A DNA stretch of 64,000 bases, taken from the NCBI RefSeq assembly GCF_000281045.1, contig NW_008246102.1:178992-242991 (forward strand), given 5' to 3'. This document shows positions 42,703-54,574 of this stretch, piece by piece (within the stretch, counting starts at the first letter, position 1; every line of letters starts with the position of its first letter). The position numbers and the translations under genes are program-made. Source of the DNA: Saprolegnia diclina VS20. Taxonomy: Eukaryota. A model generated the notes under the pieces. The model searched no databases. It saw only the letters and a program-made list of their open reading frames with translations, and was not told where the DNA came from.

Positions 42703-45700
42703 GGGATAATATTACTTCTGAGCGTTTTTTAGATGAATCCTGAGCGTTTCAAAAACGGAGGTTTCCTGAGTGAAATTGGGGCGGCCTGAGTGTTTGGAGA
42801 GCACTCAATATCCATCCGTCGTGTTGGATGAGTTATGAGTGGGTTATTGGGACAAACGTCCCCTGCACAAATTATAAATAGAGGCACTCCCTACATGTAA
42901 TACCCCGTACTAAAATGATCCATCTTTTGAATGTATGAATGTATATCCTCGTCTACGGGAGCTACGTAAACTCTTGGCGGACCATGCTGCTGAGCCTGTG
43001 CGACGTCACGTTGACTCCTTGCTCGGCAGAGAAAGCGACGACCTTTGCAAGAGCTTGGGCACCGTGCTCGGCGAGGACGCCATCGGTGTAGCGCACTTCC
43101 CAGGTCCAGATCGGTCCATTTCGCGGCTTAAGAATGAGGCCGAAGATGAGGCCTGGTCCTTGGGTGCCGTCGCAGCTGGTGATTCTACCTTGGCGCGCAA
43201 CGACCCAGCCGTAGCACGACGCGGATTTCTCTGTGAACTGCTTGATGAGTCTTGCCTGGCTGAACTTGCCGCGCGATCTGCGGAACCGGTCGAGGCAGTT
43301 CACCTCGCGCGCGGGACGTCCGGGGCCCCGGCGCACCGGGACAAGGGTCAACGCCACATCAAGGTCCAAGTCGTCGGTCAGCGACATGACAGCCAAGATG
43401 TGGACACATAGCCATCCCGTCGAGTAGTAGCCCTTGCATTGGCATTTAAACTTACGACGGATGATGTAGATCTACGGACACCAGGTAATGAATACGGAAT
43501 AAGCATGAGTAATAATATCATACCTCGCCAAGAGTCCACGCTCGGTCAATGACTCTTGGGATGGGACCAACGGCTTCGTCGACCGACACGAAATACAGCG
43601 ACAAAAAAAGCTTCTCCATGTCGTTGAAGTCGGGGAGATGGCCGAGATGGCCCCGAAGAGATTCGCAGAACCTAAGATGATTCTAAACTTGAAATCTTGA
43701 TACTTGCAGTGGGGATAAGCACCTTTTGACGCGACCCTTGGTTACGGTCATCTTGTTGATGTTGAACGGGCGCACTACGTATTTCCTCGCGTTGACGACG
43801 TAACCACTGCCGATGCCTTCGACCGTAGCTGCCGCGTAGTTGCGGGGGTCGCTGGCAATTTCCTCGGCATCGAGCAATTGTCGGGCCGATACTGGTTGGG
43901 CACAAATGTTCTTGAAGGGCCCACCGTCGCCATGAGGCAGCTCTATCGCGATAATAGCTACATTGTGTAAATGTACAAATTGTGGGTCCATGCACGTGAC
44001 ATACCGGGAAGGCCGATGTTTAAGACGTGAGCAGTCGACGCTTTGCACTTGACCATGCGCTTGATCGTGCGATGGTGCGCCTCGATCGGGTTTTGGTTGG
44101 CCATCACGCCCGGCACATCGCTCGCCGAAACGTGCCACGAGCCCCAGTCATTGGACAGGTATTCGTCTGCAAAAGCTTCGGCGTAGGTCGCTTCTCCTTC
44201 ATCTGTCCAGAATGCAATGGCGCTCTTCCCAAGGACGTCGAATTGCTTGCTGTTGCGTGCCAGATGGAGCAAATGCAGATGCGGCTTGATCATGGCCTCA
44301 TACTGCCCATCAACGTTGAGCTTCGAGCGTGTCTTGCGGGCGTTGCGGATGCAATGCGGCCAGCAGTCAAGCGGTCGTGCTTCGTCCCACTCTTCAAGAG
44401 CCGCATTTCGGATTGCCGGTGCGTGGTCCATGCAAACGACGTCGGGCGAAAGACGTGCATCGAAAAAGAGTTCGGCTGAGCGAGTCAGCGTCTCATTTAG
44501 CTGGGCGTACGCGTGTTGACACTCGGAGCGGACAAAAAGGTACGCCCAAGGCACAAATGACGAGACGCTCTTGCCCTCGCTATAGACCATGCGCGTTGAG
44601 CCGACGTCCACCAAGGTCCACTGCCCGAAGTGCAATTTGTACGTCCCGTCGCTCGACACCAAGAGGTCGGTCTCTTGATCCTTGATGCATCGTAGCATGT
44701 TGCCCATCAAACCACGAGAGGACGTGACTACCCCAATCGATGTCGCAGGACCACCACGCTCGTCGGCGTACTCGTGGGTAAAAGTTTTGAGAACAATCAC
44801 TTCGTTTTTGCGTCCGGGCTGCATGCGAGCAATAGCGGGCACCATATCGTCTTCGGACGCTGGGATCTCGTCGCCAAAGAAAGCGACCTTGGATTCGCAT
44901 CGCTTTTCGTGGGCCCACGCCACGATGTCGGCAAAGTGTTCGTAGTCCCACCCACCAGGCTCGTTGGTGCGAAGATACGCAGATCTGTTCTTGATCTGCA
45001 TTCTGGTAGGCATGAGGCCGAGAAGCTCGGGGTCTTTGCTGTATTGGCGACATCGTAGACGAATCGGTTGCGGAATGCATGCCTCTCGACGAAAGCGTCC
45101 GCTAGTTCACGCAAGGGGAAGCTCCCCAGCTGGATAAAGGGGTCGCGAGCCATTGCAGAGTGTCGTCTTCGAGTTCTGTTCGATAATGAAGCTTGGAGGA
45201 TGGCACACATCACTGGCGCAAATATAGATCACGATGCACTGGCGGCATTGAAGATCATACATACATCCATATTTCTATATCCATCCTACGGCCAACACAT
45301 CCGTCCATACAATCATCCATACTCGTATATCTTGGCCGTCGCGTCGTCGGTTTCAGACGCTTTTATAGATGGTGGTTGGCCGCGGACGTGCCGCCATCAG
45401 GTGCATACTCGACGACACTCGACAACAGTAGGTCACGGGGCGCATGGAGCGGAGCCAATGTGCCCGCGTTTCGCTTGGCGCCACACTGGTGACAAATTTT
45501 TAATTAATATTGGTTTGTCCCGAAAAAGCTCTCGTGTGCAACCTCCTGGCTATGGGCAAAACCTCGAAATGCGCCGATATCTGCAAACCGTATCAACCGC
45601 TCAGAGCTCATCCATTTTACGGTTAGTCGTTCAGTTAGCCGTTAAGAAACCGCTCAAGCCGCCCCGATTCCACTCAGGAAACCTCCGTTTTTGAAACGCT

Positions 45701-45740
45701 CGGGATTCATCCAAAAAACGCTCACCAATAATCCGAACCC
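42703..45740 (-). mobile_element. Mutator-like (MULE) DNA transposon, 3038 bp
   Basis: Imperfect TIRs at 42703-42790 and 45653-45740, both starting GGG, with the inner 72 bp 67/72 identical. Perfect 9-bp TSD GACGCATGC at 42694-42702 and 45741-45749. Internal MULE transposase. Confidence 0.95.
42962..45153 (-). pseudogene. MULE transposase (DDE + SWIM finger + AT-hook-like), N-terminus apparently frameshifted or deleted
   Basis: VSSDGTYKL (D), VVCMDHAPAIRNA (D), CWPH, NQNPIEAHH (E). Spliced 3' exons give CQCKGYYSTGWLCVH (SWIM) and GPGRP. The 5' segment MARDPFIQLG...FVY is out of frame with the catalytic ORF 43958-45013. Confidence 0.8.
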
Positions 45741-46761
45741 GACGCATGCGGGAGCTAGCGCTTGGATCCTCAAAACCGAAGCTCATGTGCCCACCAAAGA
45801 AGAGCGCATTGTACATCTCGCCGTTGTCGTCGATGGCCACGTCGACTGTGAGATAGCCCGGTGGAATGTCATCCATGGACACGGTAGGAAACTCCTTGAG
45901 GCGCGACCGGAGCTTCCCGTCAAGCATATTGATGGCGCTGTTCTCGCCTTGCCACCGTCCGACTTGATCAAACACGCAGAAGACGCTGAGCCAGCCTCCA
46001 ATGTACCGTGGACCCGAGTGGCCGCCGAACTCGTGGCAAATTCGGCTCCAAAACCCGACGTCAGGTTGCCCTTTTGCAGCCAGCACAAACTGGTCAAAAA
46101 TCGGTGCAAGCATTGCCGACCACTCGGTCATACGGTCGCCGTACGCTGCAAGCTTGTCGACGCGCGCGCGAATGTCTTCCCAGTCCTGCACGGTCCCAAG
46201 AAGGGTCACGAACGGAATGCCACAGGCGAGACAGGCCTTGTAGGTAAAGTACTTCTTCATGGCCGCCATCAAGACGATGCTCCCAACGATCTTGTCGTCT
46301 TCCGTTGTCGTCGAGAAGCATGGGAGCAACCACGCTCTCAGCGCTGGATCCGCAAGGTGCGTATCCATCTGTTGCAGCATTTGCGCGGCAAGATCCGCGA
46401 CCTCAATCGAGCGCATCGAGCCAGACATTTTCACTGTGAGCTCTTTCTGTCCTTCGTGTCGGACAAAGAGGTGGCGGAGGTCCTCGGCGTGACCATTGAC
46501 GTACAAGCCAAACTGGATCGTGATTGCGAGCCAGACGTCGTCGGGGCGAATGGAAAGGTTGTGGTGCTGGTTGTACGCTTGAATGGCACCAAAGACAAAG
46601 CCACTCTCGCTGTGCACGATGGCGTCCTCGAGAGGCGACGACTGGAGAATGCTCTCGCAGTCTTGTTTCGTGTACTCGAGCAGCGACCGTACTGGGTCGT
46701 CGTGCGTCGTCGCGCCCGTGTAAGCAGCGACCATCTTGGTAGAGACTGCAAACGTCGTCAT
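45631..46761 (-). CDS. DUF4419-like protein, 3' end disrupted by the MULE (reads into the TIR)
   Basis: GFV...AYNQHHNLSIRPDDVWLAI, WLLPCFSTTT, MKKYFTY, CGIPFVTLLGTVQDW, FWSRICH and GPRYIGGW. The last ~36 aa are transposon-derived. Confidence 0.8.
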   Translation of the reverse strand: MTTFAVSTKMVAAYTGATTHDDPVRSLLEYTKQDCESILQSSPLEDAIVHSESGFVFGAIQAYNQHHNLSIRPDDVWLAITIQFGLYVNGHAEDLRHLFVRHEGQKELTVKMSGSMRSIEVADLAAQMLQQMDTHLADPALRAWLLPCFSTTTEDDKIVGSIVLMAAMKKYFTYKACLACGIPFVTLLGTVQDWEDIRARVDKLAAYGDRMTEWSAMLAPIFDQFVLAAKGQPDVGFWSRICHEFGGHSGPRYIGGWLSVFCVFDQVGRWQGENSAINMLDGKLRSRLKEFPTVSMDDIPPGYLTVDVAIDDNGEMYNALFFGGHMSFGFEDPSASSRMRRVRIIGERFLDESRAFQKRRFPEWNRGGLSGFLTAN

Positions 46762-47073
46762 GACAACGAATCGAAAATGACACGACCGAATTTGAACAAG
46801 TCCACCGTGGCTGTCTTAGTTGCTGCGCTGGATTGCCTTGCGCGTGTCGCTGGGGCGAACGACATGCATTCCCAACTGGCCCCTTGACAACCTGCCACGT
46901 GTACTCGAATGACCACCACTCGTGTGATATACGTGAAAAAGACTCCTCACACATACAGCGCACAAGTATTACGAAAATCACACGTGTGAGAATTGTGTGC
47001 TTGTCTGTGCCGGTCGGTTGTTGAGTGCGCGCCACCGTGACGCTAGAGTTTGCATTTGGCCGTTGCTGCCACC

Positions 47074-48228
47074 ATGGTCACGTTCGCAGTGTCGCCGAAA
47101 CCTGTGAGCGCTAGCAACCAGTACACGACGACAGACAATCCCGTGCAGTCGCTTGTTGAGTTTAATTTCTGCTACGACATTCTCTCGTCGCCGCCCGTCG
47201 AGACGCCCGTCGTGCACAGCAAGAGCGGCTTTGTCATGGGCGTCGTTCAAGCATACAGCAACCACCACAACCTCGTGCTTCGTCCCGACGACATTTGGCT
47301 TGCGATCATGACCCAGTTTGGCTTGTACGTCAACGGTCACGCCGAGGACCTCCGCCACCTCTTTGTCCGACACGAAGGACAGAAAGAGCTCAACGTCTGC
47401 CGTGCTGGCTCGATGCGCGCGGCCGATTTTGGTCCGCTCGTTGATCAAATGGTCGATTTGATGAGCGAGCATCTCGTGGACCCGACGCTGCGAGACTGGG
47501 TCCTCCCCGGCTTCTCGACGACGACGCAGACCGACACGATGGTTGGCAGCATCGTCATGATGGCGACCATGAAAAAGTACTTTGCGCACAATTTTCACTT
47601 TGGCTGTGGCATTCCGTTCGTGACACTCCTCGGGACCGTGGGCGACTGGCAAAATATCCGCGCGCGCGTCGAGAAGCTCGCGACGTTCGACACGTGCCTC
47701 CAAGCGTGGTCGCGCCTCTTGGCGCCGGTCCTGGACCAGTTTGTGCAAGCAGCAAGAGGCCAACCAAACGTCGGCTTTTGGAGAAAAATCTGCCACTGGC
47801 ACGGCGGGTCGGGTCCCAACTACATAAGCGGCTGGCTCAGCGTCTTTTGCGTCATCAAGCAAGACGGGACGTGGCAGGGCGACGCGCGACGCGTTTGGCT
47901 GTCGTCCGGTCGGTTCCTTCTCAATCAGTTTCCGATCATCAACGCGCATGATATTCCGCCGGGATACCTCACGGTCGACGTGGCCGTCAACGACAACGAC
48001 GGGCGAAAATACGATGCAGTCTTCCTTGCTGGGCACATGAGCTACGGCTTCCTCGAGACGCCCCACCCAGTTGACGTCCAGCCGAGCTGGACCTTGGCCG
48101 ATGCCATCGGGCGACTCACTGGGTGGCGGGACACCACCGATGTCGTCGTTGCCATCCCCAACGGCAAGACGACAATCGTGCCTGAGCTGCGCTGGGCCAT
48201 TGCGCTCAAGAACGGTCAACGTTCGTAG
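47074..48228 (+). CDS. DUF4419-like protein, intact and intronless
   Basis: AYSNHHNLVLRPDDIWLAI, WVLPGFSTTT, CGIPFVTLLGTVGDW and GPNYISGW. Head-to-head paralogue of 45631-46761. Confidence 0.85.
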   Translation: MVTFAVSPKPVSASNQYTTTDNPVQSLVEFNFCYDILSSPPVETPVVHSKSGFVMGVVQAYSNHHNLVLRPDDIWLAIMTQFGLYVNGHAEDLRHLFVRHEGQKELNVCRAGSMRAADFGPLVDQMVDLMSEHLVDPTLRDWVLPGFSTTTQTDTMVGSIVMMATMKKYFAHNFHFGCGIPFVTLLGTVGDWQNIRARVEKLATFDTCLQAWSRLLAPVLDQFVQAARGQPNVGFWRKICHWHGGSGPNYISGWLSVFCVIKQDGTWQGDARRVWLSSGRFLLNQFPIINAHDIPPGYLTVDVAVNDNDGRKYDAVFLAGHMSYGFLETPHPVDVQPSWTLADAIGRLTGWRDTTDVVVAIPNGKTTIVPELRWAIALKNGQRS

Positions 48229-48394
48229 TACCATCCGTAGCACAGACGCGCGCTCAGTACGATAGCCGCTTCATAGACCCAGTAACAATTCTGTTTCTCA
48301 TGGCCGTCGACGCATGTGTTACTAGTAGCGATACCATCGATGCTCGCATCAAGAGATCACTGTTCAGTATATTCCTTTCGATCTTATGATGCGC

Positions 48395-48838
48395 CTACAA
48401 GTCCTTCTTCTCTTCGGGGTCCGTGCGCTCCGTCGTGAGGACGAGGTGCCAGCCAAACTGCGTCTTGACCTTGTGGATCTTGCCCACATCGTCCTCAAAC
48501 ACAACGCGGTCGAACTCGGGGACCATCTGACCGCGGCCAAACGAGCCAAGGGCACCGCCGCCACGCGCGCCGCTGGGGCACTTGCTGTGCTTCTTGGCGA
48601 GGTCGGCAAAGAGCTTGAACTGCTCGGGCGAGCCGTCGGCGGTCGCGCTGAGCTGCGTGAAGAGGTCGTCGATCTCGGCCTCCGTGTTGACGAGGATGTG
48701 GCTGGCCTTGGCCGAGACACCGCCGCCGCCGCCGCCCCACGACGTCACCATGCCGAAGAGCGCAAAGACGACGAGGACGCTCAAGACGACCCACTTCAGG
48801 TTACCGGCCATTTCTTCCCAGACTTGCCACGGGCTCAT
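48395..48838 (-). CDS. Parvulin (PpiC-type) peptidyl-prolyl isomerase with N-terminal hydrophobic anchor
   Basis: ASHILV, FADLAKKHSKCPSGARGGALGSFGRGQMVPEFD and VKTQFGWHLV. Confidence 0.92.
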   Translation of the reverse strand: MSPWQVWEEMAGNLKWVVLSVLVVFALFGMVTSWGGGGGGVSAKASHILVNTEAEIDDLFTQLSATADGSPEQFKLFADLAKKHSKCPSGARGGGALGSFGRGQMVPEFDRVVFEDDVGKIHKVKTQFGWHLVLTTERTDPEEKKDL

Positions 48839-49431
48839 GGATTGCAGAATGAGCGGCTTTGGCAAGGCAACGTGGCCGACCCTCTCGAAACTCGATATAA
48901 TAAATTGGCACAGGTTGAGCCTCGAACCCGAGAAATTACCGTCATTTCTAGAATTTACGCTGCGATTCTCCGAAATTTGTCGTCTGCACCAACACTGATC
49001 CCGTCGGAGGCAAAAGCAAGCGACATCGATACGACGGCAACGACTCGCATCTAGTCAACGAGACAGCAATACACCTGCTAGACGGAATCCTTGAGCAGGA
49101 CATACTAGACGCAACGCGTTCGCCTGAGAACCCAAAGCTTCAGGGCACCTCAACATTAAACTGCGCAATCATTGCACTCCGTTGGGCTCTGAAGTAGTAG
49201 CCCGTTCCCTACGAAGCTCGTACTACGAAGCATTAGCCTAGATTACATCGACATTGTGTACATATATACGTATACCAATTGCACTCGGCATGCCAGCCTC
49301 GTCACAAGGACACGGCATACCCTTGTATTTTTATATTTCCACCCATGCACCACGCGACTTCCGGCGGCTTCAACCTCTAGGATTTAATACTGCATTGCCA
49401 GCTTGTATTATTGGTGCGCAATCCGACGAGC

Positions 49432-50109
49432 ATGCTCCAACGAGTCGTCCTGCGAGCCGCGCCGCTGCGCCGATGCGCGCCGATGCTCTCCATGGCTGCG
49501 CCGATGGCCTTGCCGCTCATGACGCCGGCGAGGTTCCTCAGCGCCAACCGCACGAAGCGCGTGCCCCTCAACGAAGAGATCCGTGCGCCGGTCGTCAACA
49601 TCGTCGACGAGGACGGCATCATCCGCGAGGCCGTCGACAAGCGCACTGCCGTCAAGGAGGCCAAGAAGAAGGGCGTCGATCTCGTGCAGGTCGCGCTCGT
49701 GCCACCCAAAGTGCCCGGCGCCGCGCCCATCGTGCTCTGCAAGATGTACGACTTTCAGAAGAAGTCGGCGTCCGCGGCCAAGACGGTGGTCGAGAACCGC
49801 ATGAAGGGCGACAAGGACGTCGAGTACAAGGCCAACATCGCGGCAAATGACGAGCTCGTCAAGAACAAGCGTGTCCAGAACTTCCTCGAGAAGGGGCATC
49901 CCGTCAACCTCAACATCTCATGGGGCAACCGCGTCGAGCGCAAGCCGCTCGGCCTCGAGCTCTACGACCGCATCCTTGCCTTCATTGAAGCGCCATACGT
50001 CGTCGGCAAGTTCAAGGTCACAAACCATGGCGCCCGCGCCCGCCTGAACCCGACCAAGCGCGCGACGGCCAAGTCCACGGAGCGAGATGACACGGTCAAC
50101 GAAGCGTAG
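49432..50109 (+). CDS. Translation initiation factor IF-3, probably mitochondrial
   Basis: LNEEIRAPVVNIVDEDG, AKKKGVDLVQV, CKMYDF and FLEKGHPV, with an Arg-rich presequence. Confidence 0.85.
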   Translation: MLQRVVLRAAPLRRCAPMLSMAAPMALPLMTPARFLSANRTKRVPLNEEIRAPVVNIVDEDGIIREAVDKRTAVKEAKKKGVDLVQVALVPPKVPGAAPIVLCKMYDFQKKSASAAKTVVENRMKGDKDVEYKANIAANDELVKNKRVQNFLEKGHPVNLNISWGNRVERKPLGLELYDRILAFIEAPYVVGKFKVTNHGARARLNPTKRATAKSTERDDTVNEA

Positions 50110-50569
50110 AACTTGAATCTGATTGTACATACTACACTACACTGTACTGTTGGCGGTCACGATCGTCTATCTACCTTGGGCTTTGCTGGTACGAACCACG
50201 AGCCTTACGTTTGGTTTACGGCGAGCGTATCGCAACGACGTTGGAGTAGAGTACGAAGTACTCTATGGTTTCACAACGTAGGATTGCGTCGGCGGTCGCT
50301 GTGTACGTACTCGTAGCGGCTCGTCGCTGCGCCCTGACAGCAACGAGCCAGCTTCCAAGCTAATGTGTATCCTAGCGACTAGACTCGTGCTGTTCCCGGT
50401 TCTCTTGAAGGTCCTCCTCCACTGTGTCTGCTCGCTGCTTTATTCCCCTTTACGGAGCTGGGTGTCGCAATAACCAAATCAGAACGTGCAAGCTCCCATC
50501 ATCGCTTTGGATTGGCTCGTTTGATTCTCCAGGGGTCATACTTACACTGCCCAGTAGCACAAGAACCAT

Positions 50570-51900
50570 GATCCAGGCGGCAAGACGACAAAGACGAGCT
50601 TTGACATCCTCGGCAGCGCGTTGGCTACGCTCAACGTCGCCATGACGTCGCACTTCATTTCCGATCACCTCGACATCGCGTCGTCGATGCCGTTGGCGAC
50701 CGTCGCGCATTGGCTGCACGCGACATTGACGACCGTCGGCTGGGAACCGTTGGCAAAAGCGATGGCGACCATGCTCACTCGGTGGCGCATGTACGCTTTG
50801 GACCGTCCGCTCGGCCATGGCTACCGCCTCGTCGCAAGCTTGGCCGGCGTCGCGGATCACCCCGTTTGCCCTCGACTGGACCTTCCGTTTGTTTTGGAGC
50901 TCATCAAGCTATGCTGGACTGTCATCACAACGGACCTTCCCGCTCCGGGTGACCTTGGAGACTGTCATGACGCGCGCGGGTGCATTTCGTCCGTCTTGCT
51001 TCTCGAAGCACACGTCTTGTCGGGCAAAGGTTGGTTCACAAACACGCTCCCGACGATCTTGTGCATCGAAATCGACACGTACCTCCTCCCGGCCAACACG
51101 ATCGAGCGTCACGTCGCCTACTGGATGCAGCGCGAACCGTTCGACGTTGTTGCGCCGTCGTTGGTGAGCGCAACGAAGCGCAACCCGCAGCTGCGAATCA
51201 GCAAGCGCCGAGCGGCGCTGGCCGATGCGCTCACCAGAATCTCCAGCAAAAACATGCGCAACGTGTGGGGCTTCGCAAGCGCTTTAGCACTCGTAGCGCA
51301 GCCATGGCCAACGACGATGCTTCAGAACCTCTGGGAGAAGATGGTCCTGTCGTTGCTCCCGGTGCTCTTTTCGACTCTTGTCACGCACGACTTGCCTTCG
51401 GTCTCAGGCCTCTCGGACGTCCTCATGGACGCTGCCCAGGCCTTTGAACTGCCGCGCTACCAGCGCCGGTTGTTAACGCGCAATTACGGCGCGTCCTCGC
51501 CGCTGCGAGGTCCAGTGCCCACGTGCAGCTCGACCCGTCGCGTTCTCGATGCCCTCGAGTACGACGCGGAGAAGCGGTCGGCGTTTGTCGACATCTTCCT
51601 TGCTGCAACGGCCTCAAAGCCCGAAGCCAACACCGTCTTCCGCAACCTTGAGCTTCGAGAGTCTGCGTTCGACGTCTGCCTCGCCAAGGCAGGTCTCGAG
51701 CGCCTCCCGAACACACCGCTGCGCGGCTCCAAGATGCCCAAGCTCGGTACCCTTATTCTCAGCGAAGTCGATATGTACAACTTCACGGCGAGTCTGCATC
51801 GAGTCGTAACACTCCGAGCCTCTGAGGCCAATGATGCGGCCATGCGTAAGCAGTTCCAGCGACTCGTCGATCGCCCGAGCCCAACGACCCAACGACACGA
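50570..51900 (+). pseudogene. Truncated or degenerate member of a lineage-specific helical protein family
   Basis: Long ORF (50621-52270) with coding-like composition up to about 51900 and no convincing start. The last ~350 nt look non-coding. Confidence 0.4.
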
Positions 51901-52486
51901 TGAGACACATTATGAAGGCGCATGGGGCACACGAGCACTCCTAGTTCGCTTTGCTAGAGCTTTCATAATACAATTGTTTCCGTTTACCCGAGTCCTTTCT
52001 CAGCAGGTTGGTCGAAAACCCGCTCGGTCGGGTATAAGGTCTGCAATTACTGCTGCCGGTAGGCTGAAGCTCCCACTTACCCCAAGCGTTGCGAGCGACC
52101 AGCATAATTGTGCATCACGCTTTACGCCTACTAGAGCTCGGCTGTGTCCAGTAGGGCTCAGACTCGTTGGCCCTCTCTGTTCCAATCTGGGTACCATTTC
52201 CGGCAATGCTCAACGTGAAGCATTTCAAATGGTCGCTGGACATGGTGCCACGTCATTCCACATGTCGTAATTTCACACTTTTAAATGCCACCCAGTTTCC
52301 CACGTGTGGTCATCCGGATACCGTACCTGACGATGCAATTGAAGCGCAAAGATGGTCGATGCGACGGCGCGTGGTTCTTGTGGACCTCAATACTACGGTG
52401 TAAGACTGGTATGGCTGCCGTGCTGCAGTGAATAGAAATCTCCGGAGGAAAGAAGCGCGCGCCCCGGCGCGATGCCCAAGCGACCT

Positions 52487-53185
52487 TCATGGTACTGTGT
52501 TTGCCTCTCGAACCGCCGAGCCGTCGGTGCCCGTGATAGCCGAGACGACCACTTTAACGACGTTGGCGGGGGGCGAGTCGTTGAAAGTCGCGCTGGGCGG
52601 GTCATCGGTCGCTCGGCGGGTGGTCTTGAAGGCGTGCTTCGGGATAGGGTAAGCCGGGACGGTCTCACGGACATCGACGTTCTCAAACAGGTGCGTGATG
52701 GCCGTGATGGACGAGATGCCAATTGACGAACTGGCGCCACGGCTCTGGGTCATCGGCTTCTTCTTCTTCTTGGCGCCCGCGTCGACGGTGCGCGGGGATG
52801 CGCAGGGCGTTGCTTTCGTCCTGCCATCGTGGTGGTACTTCTGCGACTGTGAAAAACACCACTTGGTCAATGTATGTTTCCAATTGGACCAATCACCGCA
52901 AGCCATTTTGGTAACCGTTGAATAGCGCGATGTGATTGGCGCCTCGGCGATCTTGGGGCGACGGACGGCGATACGACCGACACGCTCGCCTCGCGCCATG
53001 TCGTTGTGGTACGATGGTAGGTTCACATCGTCTATATGGAGGGCGATGCCCGAAGGGTGAAGGTGCCTGCGTTGAGGCTGCACTGGAGCCAGTGGCGTTC
53101 GACGGCGTTTACATCCGGATACGAGCTCCGTCGCTGGCGTCGCGGTCGAAATCCTAGCGATTTTTTCGTTGAAGTCGTCAGTCAC
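52487..53185 (-). CDS. Hypothetical protein or gene fragment
   Basis: 232-codon ORF with a GTG start, a KKKKK basic patch and a Pro/Thr-rich tail. No recognised domain. Confidence 0.3.
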   Translation of the reverse strand: MTDDFNEKIARISTATPATELVSGCKRRRTPLAPVQPQRRHLHPSGIALHIDDVNLPSYHNDMARGERVGRIAVRRPKIAEAPITSRYSTVTKMACGDWSNWKHTLTKWCFSQSQKYHHDGRTKATPCASPRTVDAGAKKKKKPMTQSRGASSSIGISSITAITHLFENVDVRETVPAYPIPKHAFKTTRRATDDPPSATFNDSPPANVVKVVVSAITGTDGSAVREANTVP

Positions 53186-54574
53186 TCTTCGCCATAACGT
53201 GCTGGAAAGTATCGTTCAAGGGTGATCGCTGAACGAGCGATGCAAGCTTTTGCGACGGACGAGCAAGCCCGGAGCGCGCTGGGCCTAGGCTCTTCGAGTA
53301 CACGCAAACAGTAGGCACCTTGGCGCCTCCTTGAAGTTATGCCCACTGTGTTACAGTGCCATGCAGAGAACGGGTGATTGCAATGCATCGAGGCCCATGC
53401 ACCTCGACGACGTCGTCAACTCGCTCTTCTGATGCATGTATCACATGCAACACTGCTCAACGCCGAACTTCACCAAGGAATCGATGCATTGCATTTTCGT
53501 TCATCGAGATGTGGGCGTTGGAGCGTTGTCGACGATTGTTGAAAGCTCTTTCAATCCAAATCACAAAAGCGACGAAGTTCTTGTCGCAGCACTTGAAACT
53601 TTGATCACAACTTCGAGACGTTGGATTTCCAGCAGGATAATTCGAGTTTGTCGACTCGATTGGGTGCAAAGGAATGCCCACCGTCGCACGCGTCGATACC
53701 GATGCTCACCTCAAGAGATTTGCGCTGTGGATCCTAACCTTTTGGACAGACGCTGTCTCTGCAAACCCTATTTTGACATTTGGCTTTGTGGCCGGCCCCA
53801 GTCTTTCTTATGGGCACTCACTGCAGTGGAGCAACGCCCCGTCAAGGGATTAGAAAGCGTTTGGCGATCCCATCGGGTAGATGCCGCTTCAATCTACCCT
53901 ACAGATTCATTCGATGTCAAGCGCTGGTTCGTTGCAAACGGCTACTTGTTGATGATCCATCTTGCTTGGTATTGGCATGTGACGGGAGCTCGAGTCGGGC
54001 TTTGGCACGCGAGAGTCGGGGCTCTATGATGCCGTTCGAGTTGCTATAGCCCACAAACATCATCGTACACAACAGCGTCCGATGCATCGGGTGCTCAATG
54101 TACGTGGCAGTGCAACAGCCGTGGGAATGTATCAAGTTTCAATAGCGATGTATCAAGCACGCACTCAACCCAGTAGTGCAACGGCGACTCTGCGGCGAGA
54201 TGGCGCATCGAAAGTAAGTTTGGGTGGTGTAGACCTTGAGATGAATGTGTGGAAAATCGACAGTTGCGATGACAAGTGGATCAACGTCCTCCGTCTTGAG
54301 CAACCGTTTTTGTCAAGTACAGAGCTGCTTCGATCACCTCGTGGTAAGGCGTACGCAGATCTCGAGCTGACCATGTTCCCTACGAACTGCGTGTGCACGA
54401 GCAGCGGCTACATCCCACTGACTTCTTGAGTAAAAAGGATCGCTGAGAAGTGCTTTGCAAGGAGGCCTTTTCATTTCAAACGTTGAAATACGGCACGACT
54501 GCTGCGCGTCAATGTGGCGACACGTGTGGGCATCGAAACTGATGCGGTTCTTGGGCTAAAAAGCGAGGAGCGAG

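Noticed and set aside
42693..42706. 14-bp direct repeat CGACGCATGCGGGA as the MULE target duplication
   Set aside because: Better explained as a 9-bp TSD plus the GGG/CCC element termini matching flanking bases by chance. The TIR register fixes the ends at 42703 and 45740.
53436..54429. Possible armadillo- or MATH-like gene remnants
   Set aside because: Resemblance too weak to support by eye, and the frames are discontinuous.
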